Made by a program: the position numbers and the translations under genes | Assembly (NCBI RefSeq): GCF_035084215.1 | Contig: NC_090327.1 | Location: 44,268,001-44,332,000 of the forward strand | Origin: Heptranchias perlo | Taxonomy: Eukaryota | Reading direction: 5' to 3' | Length of the DNA stretch: 64,000 bases | The notes under the pieces: generated by a model | What the model was told of the DNA's origin: nothing | Seen by the model: the letters and a program-made list of their open reading frames with translations, nothing else | Database searches by the model: none | Shown here: positions 24,901-36,641 of the stretch, piece by piece | Layout: every line of letters begins with the position of its first letter | Position numbering within the stretch: position 1 is the first letter of the stretch

Positions 24901-25334
24901 GTTTAAGCATTTCTAAAGGGCAAAAATCTAAGATGTATTTATAAGGGTTATCTGAAGAATGCCCATTCCCTAGAAATTATTAATTTTTGAAACTTTTGGA
25001 GTAACTTAATGATATGCGCTGATGGTGGGTGAGGTTCCACATCATCAGTGCATACATGGAAAATTTAGGATTTTATTTGGTGCATATTGAAGCAGATTAT
25101 TCAGTAAAAATAAACAATTGAAGCAGCAACACCATTGGCCTCCAGAACTGCTTGTTACATTTAGTTACACTTTAAGTTAGGCGTATTATAGCAGAATACA
25201 GTAGCTATGGCTCCGTCACATTGAAAGACTAACTGACTCAGTCCTCACAGCTCACAGTCCTCACGTTCATACAACATTCAGCCATTCATTGTAGCAATGT
25301 AGTCTTCAATAAAGATCAAACCAGACTAGAATTC

Positions 25335-28300
25335 TTTTTTTATTTGTTCATGGGATGTGGGCGTCGCTGGCAAGATCAGCATTTATTGCCCATCCCTAAT
25401 TACTTTTGAGAAGGTGGTGGTGAGCCGCCTTCTTGAACCTCTGAGGTCTGTGTGGTGAAGGTTCTCCCACAGTGCTGGTAGGTGGGGAGTTCCAGGGTTT
25501 TGACCCAGCAACGATGAAGGACCGGCGATATATTTCCAAGTCGGGATGGTGTTTGACTTGGAGGGGAACGTGCAGGTGGTGTTGTTCCCATGTGCCTGCT
25601 GCCCTTATCATTCCAGGTGGTAGAGGTCGCAGGTTTGGGAGGTGCTGTCGAAGAAGCCTTGGCGAGTTGCTGCAGTGCATCCTGTGGATGGTACACACTG
25701 CAGCCACTGTGCGCCAGTGGTGAACGGAGTGAATGTTTAAGGTGGTGGATGGGGTGCCAATCAAGCGGGTTGCTTTGTCCTGGATGGTGTCGAGCTTCTT
25801 GAGTGTTGTTGGAGCTGCACTCATCCAGGCAAGTGGAGAGTATTCCATCACACTCCTGACTTGTGCCTTGTAGATGGTGGAAAGGCTTTGGGGAGTCAGG
25901 AGGTGAGTCACTTGCCACAGAATACCCAGCCTCTGACCTGCTCTTGTAGCCACAGTATTGATGTGGCTGGTCCAGTTAAGTTTCTGGTCAATGGTGACCC
26001 CCAGGATGTTGATGGTGGGGGATGTGATGGTAATGCCTATGAATGTCAAGGGGAGGTGGTTAGACTCTCTTTTGTTGGAGATGGTCACTGCCTGGCACTT
26101 GTCTGGCGCGAATGTTACTTGGCACTAAACAGCCCAAGTCTGGATGTCGTCCAGATCTTGCTGCAAGCGGGCACGGACTGCTTCATTATCTGACGGGTTG
26201 TGAATGGAACTGAACACTGCAATCATCAGCGAACATCCCCATTTCTGACCTTATGATGGAGGGAAGGTCATTGATGAAGCAGCTGAAGATGGTTGGGCCT
26301 AGGACACTGCCCTGATGAACTCCTGCAGCAATGTCCTGGGGCTGAGATGCTTGGCCTCCAAAAATCTCTACCATCTTCCTTTGTGCTAGGTATGACTCCA
26401 GCCACTGGAGAGTTTTCCCCTGATTCCCATCGACTTCAATTTTATTAGGGCTCCTTGGTGCCACACTCAGTCAAATGCTGCCTTGGTGTCAAGGGCAGTC
26501 ACTCTCACCTCACCTCTGGAATTCAGCTCTATTGTCCATGTTTGGACCAAGGCTGTAATGAGGTCTGGAGCCAAGTGGTCCTGGCGGAACCCAAACTGAG
26601 CATCGGTGATCAGGTTATTGGTGCGTAAGTGCCACTTGATAGCACTGTCGACGACACCTTCCATCACTTTGCTGATGATTGAGAGTAGACTGATGGGGCG
26701 GTAATTAGCCGGATTGGATTTGTCCTGCTTTTTGTGGTCAGAACATACCTGGGCAATTTTCCACATTGTCGGGTAGATGCCAGTGTTGTAGCTGTACTGG
26801 AACAGCTTGGCTAGAGGCGAGGCTATTTCTGGAGCTCAAGTCTTCAGTACTAGAGCTGGGATGCTGTCGGGGCCCATAGCCTTTGCTGTATCCAGTGCAC
26901 TCCGCCGTTTCTTGATATCGTGTGGAGTGAATCGAATTGCTGAAGACTGGCTTCTGTTTTGGTGGGGATATCGGGAAGAGGCCGAGATGAATCATCCACT
27001 TGGCATTTCTGGCTGAAGATGGTTGCAAACGCTTCAGCCATGTCTTTTGCGCTCACGTGCTGGACTCCGCCATCATTGAGGATGGGGATATTCATGGAGC
27101 CTGCTGCTCCTGTTAGTTGTTTAATTGTCCACCACCATTTACGACTGGATGTGACAGGACTGCAGAGTTTTGATCTGATCCGTTGGTTGTGGAATCACTT
27201 AGCTCTGTCTATAGCATGTTGCTTCCGCTGTTTAGCATGCATGTAGTCCTGTGTTGTAGCTTCACCAGGTTGGCACCTCATTTTTAGGTACGCCTGGTGC
27301 TGCTTCTGGCATGCTCTTCTACAATCCTCATTGAACCAGGGTTGATTCCCTGGCTTGTTGGTGATGGTAGAGTGAGGAATATGCCGGGCCATGAGGTTAC
27401 ATATTGTGCTGGAATACAATTCTGCTGCTGCTGATGGCTCACAGCGCCTCATGGATGCCCAGTTTTGAGCTGCTACATCTGTTCTGAATCTATCCCATTT
27501 AGCACGGTTGTAGTGCCATACAACACATTGGATGGTGTCCTCAATGTGAAGACGGAACTTCGTCTCCACAAGGACTGTGCGGTGGTCACTCCTACCAACA
27601 CTGTCGTGCACAGATGCAAGTGCGACAGGTAGATTGGTGAGGACGAGGTCAAGTAGGTTTTTCCCTCGTGTCGGATCGCTCACCACCTGCTGCAGGCCCA
27701 GTCTGGCAGCTATGTCCTTCAGAACTCGGCCAGCTCGGTCATTAGTGGTGCTACCAAGCCACTCTTGGTGATGGACATTGAAGTCCCCCACCCAGAGTAC
27801 ATCCTGTGCCCTTGCTACCCTCAGTGCTTCCTCCAAGTGGTGCTCAACATGGAGGAGGACTGATTCATCAGCTGAGGGAGGGTGGTAGGTGGTAATCAGC
27901 AGAAGGTTTCCTTGCCCATATTTGACCTGATGCCATGAGATTTCATGGGGACTGGAGTCAATGTTGAGGACTCCCAGGGCCACTCCCTCCTGACTGTATA
28001 TCACTGTACTGGCACTTCTGGTGGGTCTGTCCTGCCGGTGGGACAGGACATACCCAGGGATGGTGATGGAAGAGTCTGGGACATTTGCTGAAAGGTATGA
28101 TTCTGTGAGTAAGGCTATGTCAGGCTGTTGCTTGATAATCTGTGGGACAGCTCTCCCAAATTTTGGCACAAGTCCCCAGATGTTAGCGAGGAGGACTTTG
28201 CAGGGTTGACTGGGCTTGGTTTGCCTTTGTCGTGTCCGGTGCCTTGTGGACCAATGCCGGGTGGTCCGTCCGGTTTTATTCTTATTGTGACTTTCTGTAG

Positions 28301-28410
28301 TGAGATTGTACAACTGAGTGGCTTGCTCGGCCATTTCAGAGGGCGATTAAGAATCAACCACATTGCTGTGGTTCTGGAGTCACATATAGGCCAGACCGGG
28401 TAAGGACATT
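25335..28410 (-). mobile_element. Near-complete LINE family B (CR1/L2 group): APE endonuclease plus RT, frameshifted; no ORF1 seen
   Basis: DIALLTESYL, WVGDFNVHH, LDLVLTN, SDH (27195-28334); YRPISLLS, QFGFR, QGSVLGP, FADD (26186-26766); C-terminus 25396-26088; A-tail. Confidence 0.95.
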
Positions 28411-28414
28411 AGTG

Positions 28415-30610
28415 ATAATAGAATCATACAATGGCTACAGCACAGAAGGAGGCCATTCGGCCTAATGAGCCCATGCTGGCTCTTTGTAAGAGTAATCCAG
28501 TTAGTCCCATTCCCCCGCTCTTTCCCTGTAGCCCTGCAAATTTTTTCCCTTCAAGTATTTGTCCAATTCCTTTTTGAAAGCTATGATTGAATCTGCTTCC
28601 ACCACCCTTTCAGGCAGTGGATTCCAGATCATAACTACTCGCTGCATAAAAAAGCTTTTCCCCATGTCGCCTTTGGTTCTTTTGCCAATCACTTAAATCT
28701 GTGTCCTCTGGTTCTCGACTCTCCTGCCAATGGGAAAAATTTCGCTTTTTTTACTTTATCTAAGCCCTTCATGATTTTGAACACTTCTATCAAATCTCCT
28801 CTCAACCTTCTCTGATCTAAGGAGAACAATTCGAGCTTCTCCAGTCTATCCATGTAACTGAAGTCCCTCATCCCTGGAACCGTTCTAGTAAATCTTTTCT
28901 GCACCCTCTCTAAGGCCTTCACATCCTTCCTAAAGTGCGATGCCCAGAATTCGATACAATACTCCAGTTGTGGCCGAACCTGTGCTTTATAAAGGTTTAA
29001 CATAGAAACATAGGAACAGGAGTAGGCCATTCAACCCCTCGTGCCTGCTCCGCCATTTGATAAGATCATGGCTGATCTGTGATCTAACTCCATATACCTG
29101 CCTTTGGCCCATATCCCTTAATATCTTTGGTTGCCAAAAAGCTATCTATCTCAGATTTAAATTTAGCAATTGAGCTAGTATCAATTGCTGTTTGTGGAAG
29201 AGAGTTCCAAACTTCTACAACCCTTTGTGTGTAGAAATGTTTTCTAATCTCGCTCCTAAAAGGTCTGGCTCTAATTTTTAGACTGTGCCCCCTACTCCTA
29301 AAATCCCCAACCAGCGGAAATAGTTTCTCTCCATCCACCCTATCTGTTCCCCTTAATATCTTATAAACTTCGATCAGATCACCCCTTAACCTTTGAAACT
29401 CTAGAGAATACAACCCCAATAACTTCCTTGATTTTGTACTCTATTTATAAAGCCCGGGAGCCCATATGCTTTTTTACCCGCTTTCTCAACTTGTCCTGCC
29501 ACCTTCAAAGATTTGTGCACATATACCCCCAAGTCTCTCTGTTCCTGTCCCTTAAGAATTGTACCATTTAGTTTATATTGCCTCTCCTCGTTCTTTCTGC
29601 CAAAATGTATCGCTTCGCACGTCTCTGCTTTAGATTTCATGTCATGTGTCTGCCCATTCCACCAGTCTGTCTATGTCTGCTTGAAGTCTATTACTATCCT
29701 CCTCACTATTTACTACCCTTTCAAGTTTTGCGTCATCTGCAAATTTTGAAATTGTGCCTTGTACTCCCAAATCCAAGTCATTAAAATATATCAAAAAAAG
29801 CAGTGGTCCTAGTACCGACCTCTGGGGATCACCACTGTATACCTTCCTCCAGTCCAAAAAACAACCGTTAATCACTGCTCTCTATTTCCTGTCACTTGGC
29901 CAATTGTATATCCATGCTGCCACTGCCCTTTTTATTCCATGGGCTTCAAATTTGCTGACAAACCATTATGTGGCACTTTATCAAATGCCTTTTGAAAGTC
30001 CATATGCACAACATCAACCGCATTGCGCTCATCAACCCTTTCTGTTACCTCATCAAAAAACTCAACCAAGTTAGTTAAACACGATTTGCTTTTAACACAT
30101 CTGTGCTGGCTTTCCTTTATTAATCCATACTTGTCCAAGTGACTATTAATTTTGTCCCGGATTATCATTTCTAAAAGCTTCCCCACCACCGAGGTTAAAC
30201 TGACTGGTCTGTAGTTGCTGGGTTTATCCTTACTCCCTTTTTTGAACAAGGGTGTAACATTTGCAATTCTCCAGTCCTATAGCACCACCCCCATATCTAA
30301 GAAGGATTGGAAGATTATGGCCAGTACCTCTGCAATTTCCACCCTTAATTCCCTCAGCAACCTAGGGATGCATCCCATCCGGACCGGGTGACTTATTTAC
30401 TTTAAGTATAGCCAGCCTTTCTCGTACCTGCTCTTTCTCAAATGTTATCCCATCCAGTGTCTCAACTACCTCCTCTTTTACTGTGACTTTGGCAGCGTCT
30501 TCTTCCTTGGTAAAGACCGATGCAAATTACTCATTTAGTACCTCAGCCATACCCTCTACCTCCACATGTAGATCTCCTATTTGGTCCCTAATTGGCCCCA
30601 TCCCTCCAAA
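28415..30610 (-). mobile_element. 5'-truncated CR1 LINE (RT and 3' end) containing a nested CR1
   Basis: NYRPVSLTSVVGK, DFQKAFDKVPH, SVLGPLLF, FADDAKL; host sequence breaks at ~29000 and resumes at ~29419. Confidence 0.92.
29001..29418 (-). mobile_element. Nested, 5'-truncated CR1 of a different subfamily in the same orientation
   Basis: Has its own 3' tail (CATAGAAACATAGG) and ORF 29084-29419 ending KGYGPKAGIWS. Confidence 0.9.
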
Positions 30611-31031
30611 TTAATTATAAAATTATATCAATTTGAAGTTGAAAACAACACAATTATTGCTTGTCAACAACACATTCATTGCTCGTCAACCTGCGCCAGT
30701 AGCAGAGTCCTGAGCTGAAGAAACACTCAGACAATAGAATAATTCCAAAAAATGACACAAACTAAAATCTGGGTTCCAGAGCCTCAGTCTAGGACAAATT
30801 TAAAGAGCTGGAAAATCAGTTCTCTAAATCGTTCTGAGGCCTGTTTCATTGCTCCTGAAATTGGTCATGGAGCTACTGTCATAGCATTTGCGCCGACTTA
30901 GACCAGCTCACACCAAAGGAAGGAAGACTCCTGCCTCCTGCCACTTCCAGTGCTGAACATCCCTAAATCCTCCATTTGTTGACTACTTTTATATGTGAGG
31001 CATGCTACCTCTTCCTGCATAAGTGTCAACA

Positions 31032-32033
31032 GGGCTCAGTTGGTATCACTCTTACCTCTAAGACAAATGGTTGTGGGTTCAAGTCCCACCCCAGTTCTTG
31101 AGCACATAACATAGGCTAACACTTCAGTGCAGTACTGAGCGAGTGCTGCTTTCTTGGAGGTGCCATCTTTCAAATGAGGCCCATATACCTGTTCAGGTGA
31201 AATGTAAGAGATCCCATGGCACCTTTTAAAGAAGAGTAGGAGAGTTCTTCTGGTGTTGTGACTGCTCCCTGAGCCAATACGGATTAACTTATGATCCATC
31301 CCATTTACAGTTTGTGGGGCCTTACTGTATGCAATTTTGCTGCTGCCTACATATCTACAGTGACTGCTATTTTAAAGTAATCATCCATTTAATGCTTTGG
31401 GATGTCCTGGGGAACTGGGCCTCAGATCTTGGGGGACAGGAAGAGAGGAGAGAGAGTAGATCTCCCACAGGATGGGTAGAATTTAGGGTGAAACCTGGAT
31501 CCACAGGAATTCCACTCTATGCAAAAAGCTGAAGAAATTCCAGTTTGGTGAGGAACAGGGGAGACTCTGTCCACTCCCTTCCAAGTCAAGAGGGTGTGTC
31601 TGGGGAAGCTCCTAGGCTATTCTGGGAAGTTTAGTGAGAGCAGCTGTGAGTTCTTTTGAGAGCCCGGTACAATTCTCAGGACTGCATACTAGGGAAAGGT
31701 AATTGATTCCAGACCAACTACCTTTCTAACATACTGGTTAGCTCCCATAAAAGCATTTTAAAAAGGTGGTCCCATTTACTCTTCAGCCCTTCCCAGGTCA
31801 CCATTCTGCCACTGGAGTAGCGTGCTGCTGCTCTGATTTTCCTGTTGGCTGTGGAGTGGTTGCCTCTGCAGCATTTTACAGGCAGCTGCCTGTGCCAATT
31901 ATTTTAGTGACCCCATCCCTTCAATTTTTGACAGTCGTGAGCTGCCAGGTATTCCACCATGCTGCACTTCCACTGGTGGAGTGGGACCCTTGAAATTTCA
32001 TGGCTACTATGTAAATGCAGGTTCTTTCTTTCC
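31032..32033 (+). mobile_element. DeuSINE interrupted by a MITE-like insertion (~31410-31998)
   Basis: Head with B-box-like GGTTCAAGTCC and Deu core to ~31408; tail TATGTAAATGCAGGTTCTTTCTTT at ~32007-32033; insert shares ACTAGGGAAA.GTAATTGAT.CCAG with 62737-62760. Confidence 0.65.
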
Positions 32034-33649
32034 TAATTGGGTAGCTGTGTTTCTTCATGGAAGTGAAGGGAATTTCCATTTCAAGGGAAGGCAAAACAGA
32101 TAAGGTTATGTCATGGTACGCTTTCTGGTGCCCAGTCTGGAGGTACATTGACAAATGTTGTAGATAAATCGATGGTTTGATGTTAAACAGTTTTGTTTTT
32201 TAAAAAAACGGAAGCGTCTTTGTAACAACTGTGTGCTATTGGGAGGTTGCCTTTTCTAGTTTAGTAAATGTAATTGTTTTTTTGCTCCTGTTCTGAGATT
32301 GCCAAAACAACAAAAGGTTGTGTATTCTTTATTTATTGTACCAATATTATGATATTTCAGACTGGATGGGGAGGGACAGTAGTAATCATTTACATGTGAG
32401 AATATAGTAGTTAAATAATTGGAAACATGCTTGATATATAGGGCTAATATTTTCCGTAAACTAACCAAGTTTCCACATGCAATAAATGTATTCTATTCCC
32501 TTGTCATTGTTCGAATAATTTTGAAAAATTTAAGAAATAAACTAGCTCTTTCAAAGAGCCAGCACAGACATGATCGGCTGAATGGCCTCCTTCTGTGCTG
32601 TATGATTCAATGGTTCTCTGAATTAACAATTTTGGAAGAGTGAGGCAATTTTGTGGAAAAGCTGGGAATGTCTGTAAAGTGTGGCTCTAGTGAAATGTTA
32701 CACTGCTGTCCGTGTGCTCTGAGAACTGAAAAAGTAATTAGAGTTCTTTGGAGGTTTACTGCAGCTGCATTGTCACTCGTCACATACAACATGGCTTGTT
32801 GGTGGTCAGGACCGTTGGCTTAATCTGATGTTCTTCCTCTTTTTTAAAGCTATATAATAGTGCTCATATTGACATATTTGGCCTTTACTACAAATCAGTA
32901 GACAGATGCACTCTGTCGAGCCTCCTTGAATGAGGACTTCTGAGGCTTGTTGTGAAGTTAAACCTGATTAATGATTTGTGGACATTTCTAGTGGGTGTTC
33001 CATTTCCATGCTTAAGTGCCTTGTCCTTACTAATATCAGATTACTTGAACTTGCTTTTAATGAACATTGATACCCTTGTTCATTGGAATGCTTTATCATA
33101 GCATCTGGATCACAGCTTAGAAATGAAACCTGTAGTTAGACTAAAGATAAGATAATTTTGCTTTTCCTTTTTTTATGAAATGAGTTTTAAGAGGCTGGAT
33201 AATTTGGATATCCTTTCATTGCAGACATTTCAACTTGTTGTTAAGCGTGAAATAACTTTCAGACTTGAACAAAATGCCTGTTGATCAACACCAGTACACA
33301 ATATATTTCAAATTCCACTGTCATGTTTTTTTTTGCAAAGTTGATATGAATTGGCTTCCACACAAAGGTCTTTCTATGAATATCATGTCGAGCAGATGCT
33401 ATTCAGTAAGCAGATTTTTAAAAACACCCTAAAATCATAAGTCAAACACATTTTGATATAAGAATTGTACATATACTCAGCGGGTTGTTAAAAATGTTTA
33501 ACTGCTATAGGTCATTCTATATCAAATCAACCAATCCCTCCAGCATGACTGTCTCAGAGTTTCATAAAATTTTACATAGTTATCTAATAAACACATTTAA
33601 GGGCATATAAAATAACAGACACATAAGAATATAATGGTTTCTATTTATA

Positions 33650-34600
33650 GTCCTTTTGTCACAGACTGTGGATAGGGTTGAAAGTGATGTACCCTGGGGT
33701 CAGTGCTGTGCCAACCTTTGTTATAAAGATGATTTGCACTTGGGCATAGGGAGCACCATTTGAAAAATAGGGGCTTTGGCAAACTCAGTTTGGAAAACTT
33801 AGTGAAGAGGACGGTAAAAGATTTCACGATGGCGGCTGGAATGGGCAGACAGGTGGCCAATGCAATTTAATGTGGATAAGTGGGAGGTAACATATTTTGG
33901 GAGGAAAAACAATGAATGGAAATATACACTCAGTGGAAAGTTAATGTAGAGTGTAGATGAACAGCGAGACAGTGCAAGCTTTTAAAAAAATGTGTTCTTG
34001 GGATGTAGGAAACACCAATGTGGCAATATTTGCTCAACCCTATTTGCCCTGAGGGCATTAAGAGTCAACCATATAGTGTGGTACTGGAGTTACACATAAG
34101 TCAGACAGGGTAGAACCCAGTCAGGTTTTTACAACAATCCAGCAGCTTTCATGATGTTTTTCTTTTGTGCCAACCCACGAATTACCAAATTTATTAAATT
34201 CCACAATTTGTTATGGTGGCATTATAGAACTTACAACGTCTGGGCTACTAGTCCTTTACCATAACCACACAAAGTGCAGGTAGATAAAGCCATAAAAAAG
34301 GACAGCATCATTTTGGGTTTTATAAATGGGGATGTAGAGTACAAGAGTAAAGAAGTCACAATGAATTTGTACAAAATATTAGTTAGGACACAGTTAGATG
34401 ATTGTTCGCAGTTTTGACACCCTATTATCGTAAGGGCATTAAAACCATAGAGCACATACAGTGTAGGTTCATCAGATTGATGCCAGGGATGAGAAACTAT
34501 TGTTATGAGGAGAGACTTGAGACACTGAGACTATTTCCACTGGAGCAGAGAAGGCTAAGAGAAGTTTTAATAAAGTTATTTAAAATTATGAAGGGTTTTG
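33650..34600 (+). mobile_element. Old CR1 RT fragment split by a SINE insertion
   Basis: Degenerate CR1 peptides on both sides of 33985-34270 (for example YEERLETLRLFPLEQRRLRE). Confidence 0.75.
33985..34270 (-). mobile_element. Bipartite SINE-like element: degenerate tRNA-like head, family B 5' segment, family B 3' tail
   Basis: 34051-34113 matches 28339-28404; 33995-34050 matches 25346-25405. Confidence 0.75.
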
Positions 34601-34704
34601 GTAGCTTTCAGACTTACACCAAGCCACTTCTGAAGCGACTCACTGGCTCACCAATCTGGATTTAGTAATTTGAACATTGCTAATCACCTCTCCTACCACA
34701 CAAA

Positions 34705-34960
34705 AGTAGTAGTAGTAGTAATAGTAGTAGGAATAGTCACAGCTTTGATTGTGGCTCCCCGTTGGAAGTGCAGGATCAGTAAATTTACCCTTAGATCAAA
34801 AGCTTTACGAAAATCAACGAAAGCATTGTAATTGGGTTTCCTGAGCTTTACAACATTTTGCATTCTCTTATGAAGGCATAGCCTGCACACGTTGGCAGTC
34901 TCTGGCATTTATCTGCAACACAATTACCATTGTCCTCCCTTTTGTCTAGAATAGAAGCAG
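34705..34960 (-). mobile_element. Internally deleted non-LTR retroelement relic with (TAC)n tail
   Basis: AFVDFRKAFD RT motif next to a (GTA)n run at ~34705-34730. Confidence 0.5.
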
Positions 34961-35344
34961 GCTTTTAGGAATTTGACACGAATACCAAACCAGTCGGATT
35001 TGATGCTGAATGACCTAACAGTTTACAATAAAAGCCATCTGATGTACTGCACTCATAGGAGGGGGCAGGTTGGATGAGGTTGACCTTCTGCTGGGTGATA
35101 CCCTTACTGCCTCAGGTGGAACTCTCTGGTACAGGCAGTGGCCTGGCTGAATAATGGAAAAGTCATTGAGGAGGAATTAAAATTGTGAGTGATGTTCAAG
35201 TCTGGGCCCACTGCATACCTTGGTAAAGGATGCTTCAATGCTGAAAATAATTATACTTTTGTACTTGAGCCATTTGGAAGAATGTGTTGAGGTGTAACTC
35301 TTATCTTGTTGTTCTGCACTATAACTGGTTTATTTAGGATAGGC

Positions 35345-35965
35345 ATCAAATAGGGCAGTAACGGTCGGAAAATGGTACCGGGTCACTTACCGCCCTGTTT
35401 GAGTTGGCGCTCTGGCTGCTGCCATCTCGGGTAGCGTCCTGAAATGGGTGGCTGGAGCGCTTGCCTGCTTCAGGCAGAAGGCCAATTGTAATATGCAAAT
35501 TGGGGTCCTTTGATTGCAATTTCAAGACACAAATGGGTGGAACAAGAGCCGCATATACTCTGCTTATTTGTTCCAGATGGTGAGCGGCCTAACCAGCGGT
35601 CCTTAAAGGAACTCACAAAACAGCCGAGGGAATGTTAATTTTTTTTGCTGAGGCGAGGAGAAGCAGGAGTGCTCCTCCGGAACCAACAAATTAACTCTGG
35701 GCTACTGCCGGCCTGTCCGAGGCAACCCCCTACCCCAGGCTCTGACTGTTGGCCAGCTCATCATGGGAGCTAGTAGATTTCTCATCCTCCTAGAACCGGT
35801 GAGCAGTAGCGCAGCACCTGCATAGCCCTACAGCTGGCCTGTGGCATGTAAATAAGGCCTGGGCCTCAAAATAATTCAGGTCTCATGCTGGCACAAATGG
35901 GAAGGCAACGGGCATGCTCCGTCCACTACCCGCTTGTTCTCTACCTGTAATTAAAATTGGCCCTA
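35345..35965. mobile_element. Harbinger-type MITE-like element
   Basis: GC-rich island ending TTAAAATTGGCCC; central CCTTAAAGG and GCAGGAGTGCTCCTCC motifs like other MITEs here; left TIR unclear. Confidence 0.55.
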
Positions 35966-35967
35966 TT

Positions 35968-36285
35968 GGCTTTTGGATGGGATATTAAACTGAGGCCCCC
36001 TGTCCTCTCGGGTGGACGTAAAGATCCCATGGCACTATTCGAAGAAACGCAGAGGAGTTTTCTTGGTGTCCTGGCCAACATCCCTCAACGTTGCTATAAA
36101 AGATGATCTGGTCCTGATCTTATTGTTGTTTGTGGGACCTTGCTGTGCGCACATTGGCTGCCACTTTTCTCCACATTAAAGCAGTAGCTTCACTTCAAAA
36201 GTACTTCTTCATTGGTTGTGAAGTGCTTTGGAACAATTTGAGATTGTGAAAGGCGCTAAATAGATGCAAGTACTTTCTACCTTCT
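35968..36285 (+). mobile_element. DeuSINE, 3' two-thirds
   Basis: GGTGGACGTAAAGATCCCATGGCACTATTCGAAGAA core and GTGAAAGGCGCTAAATAGATGCAAG tail. Confidence 0.82.
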
Positions 36286-36641
36286 TTCAATAAAATGTGC
36301 ACTGTGTTACAGTGGACTACCAGAGTTTGTTGCATTTGGAACATTCCTATTTTTTGGTGAGGTTCACATCAGCTCCTTTTTTACTGCACCCATTGTTCAT
36401 TGTCCATTGTTACCACCTGTTTGAACAGGATGTTTCATTTTCCCCTGCTCTGTTTCTTAACTGGGCATGCACTAGGCTCCAGTTTGTGGACTGATGTTTG
36501 TAAATTATGTCATAATATCATTCATATGATTTTCTGTCATTTTTACCCATTTCATGCTGTTTCAATCATCTGTTCATATAAACTGGGAATACAAAGTTGC
36601 TAGATACTGAGCTGCTTGCGGAAATCAGTTTAAAGACACTA

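Noticed and set aside
31032-31100. tRNA gene
   Set aside because: It is a SINE head continuing into the Deu core and lacks a complete cloverleaf.
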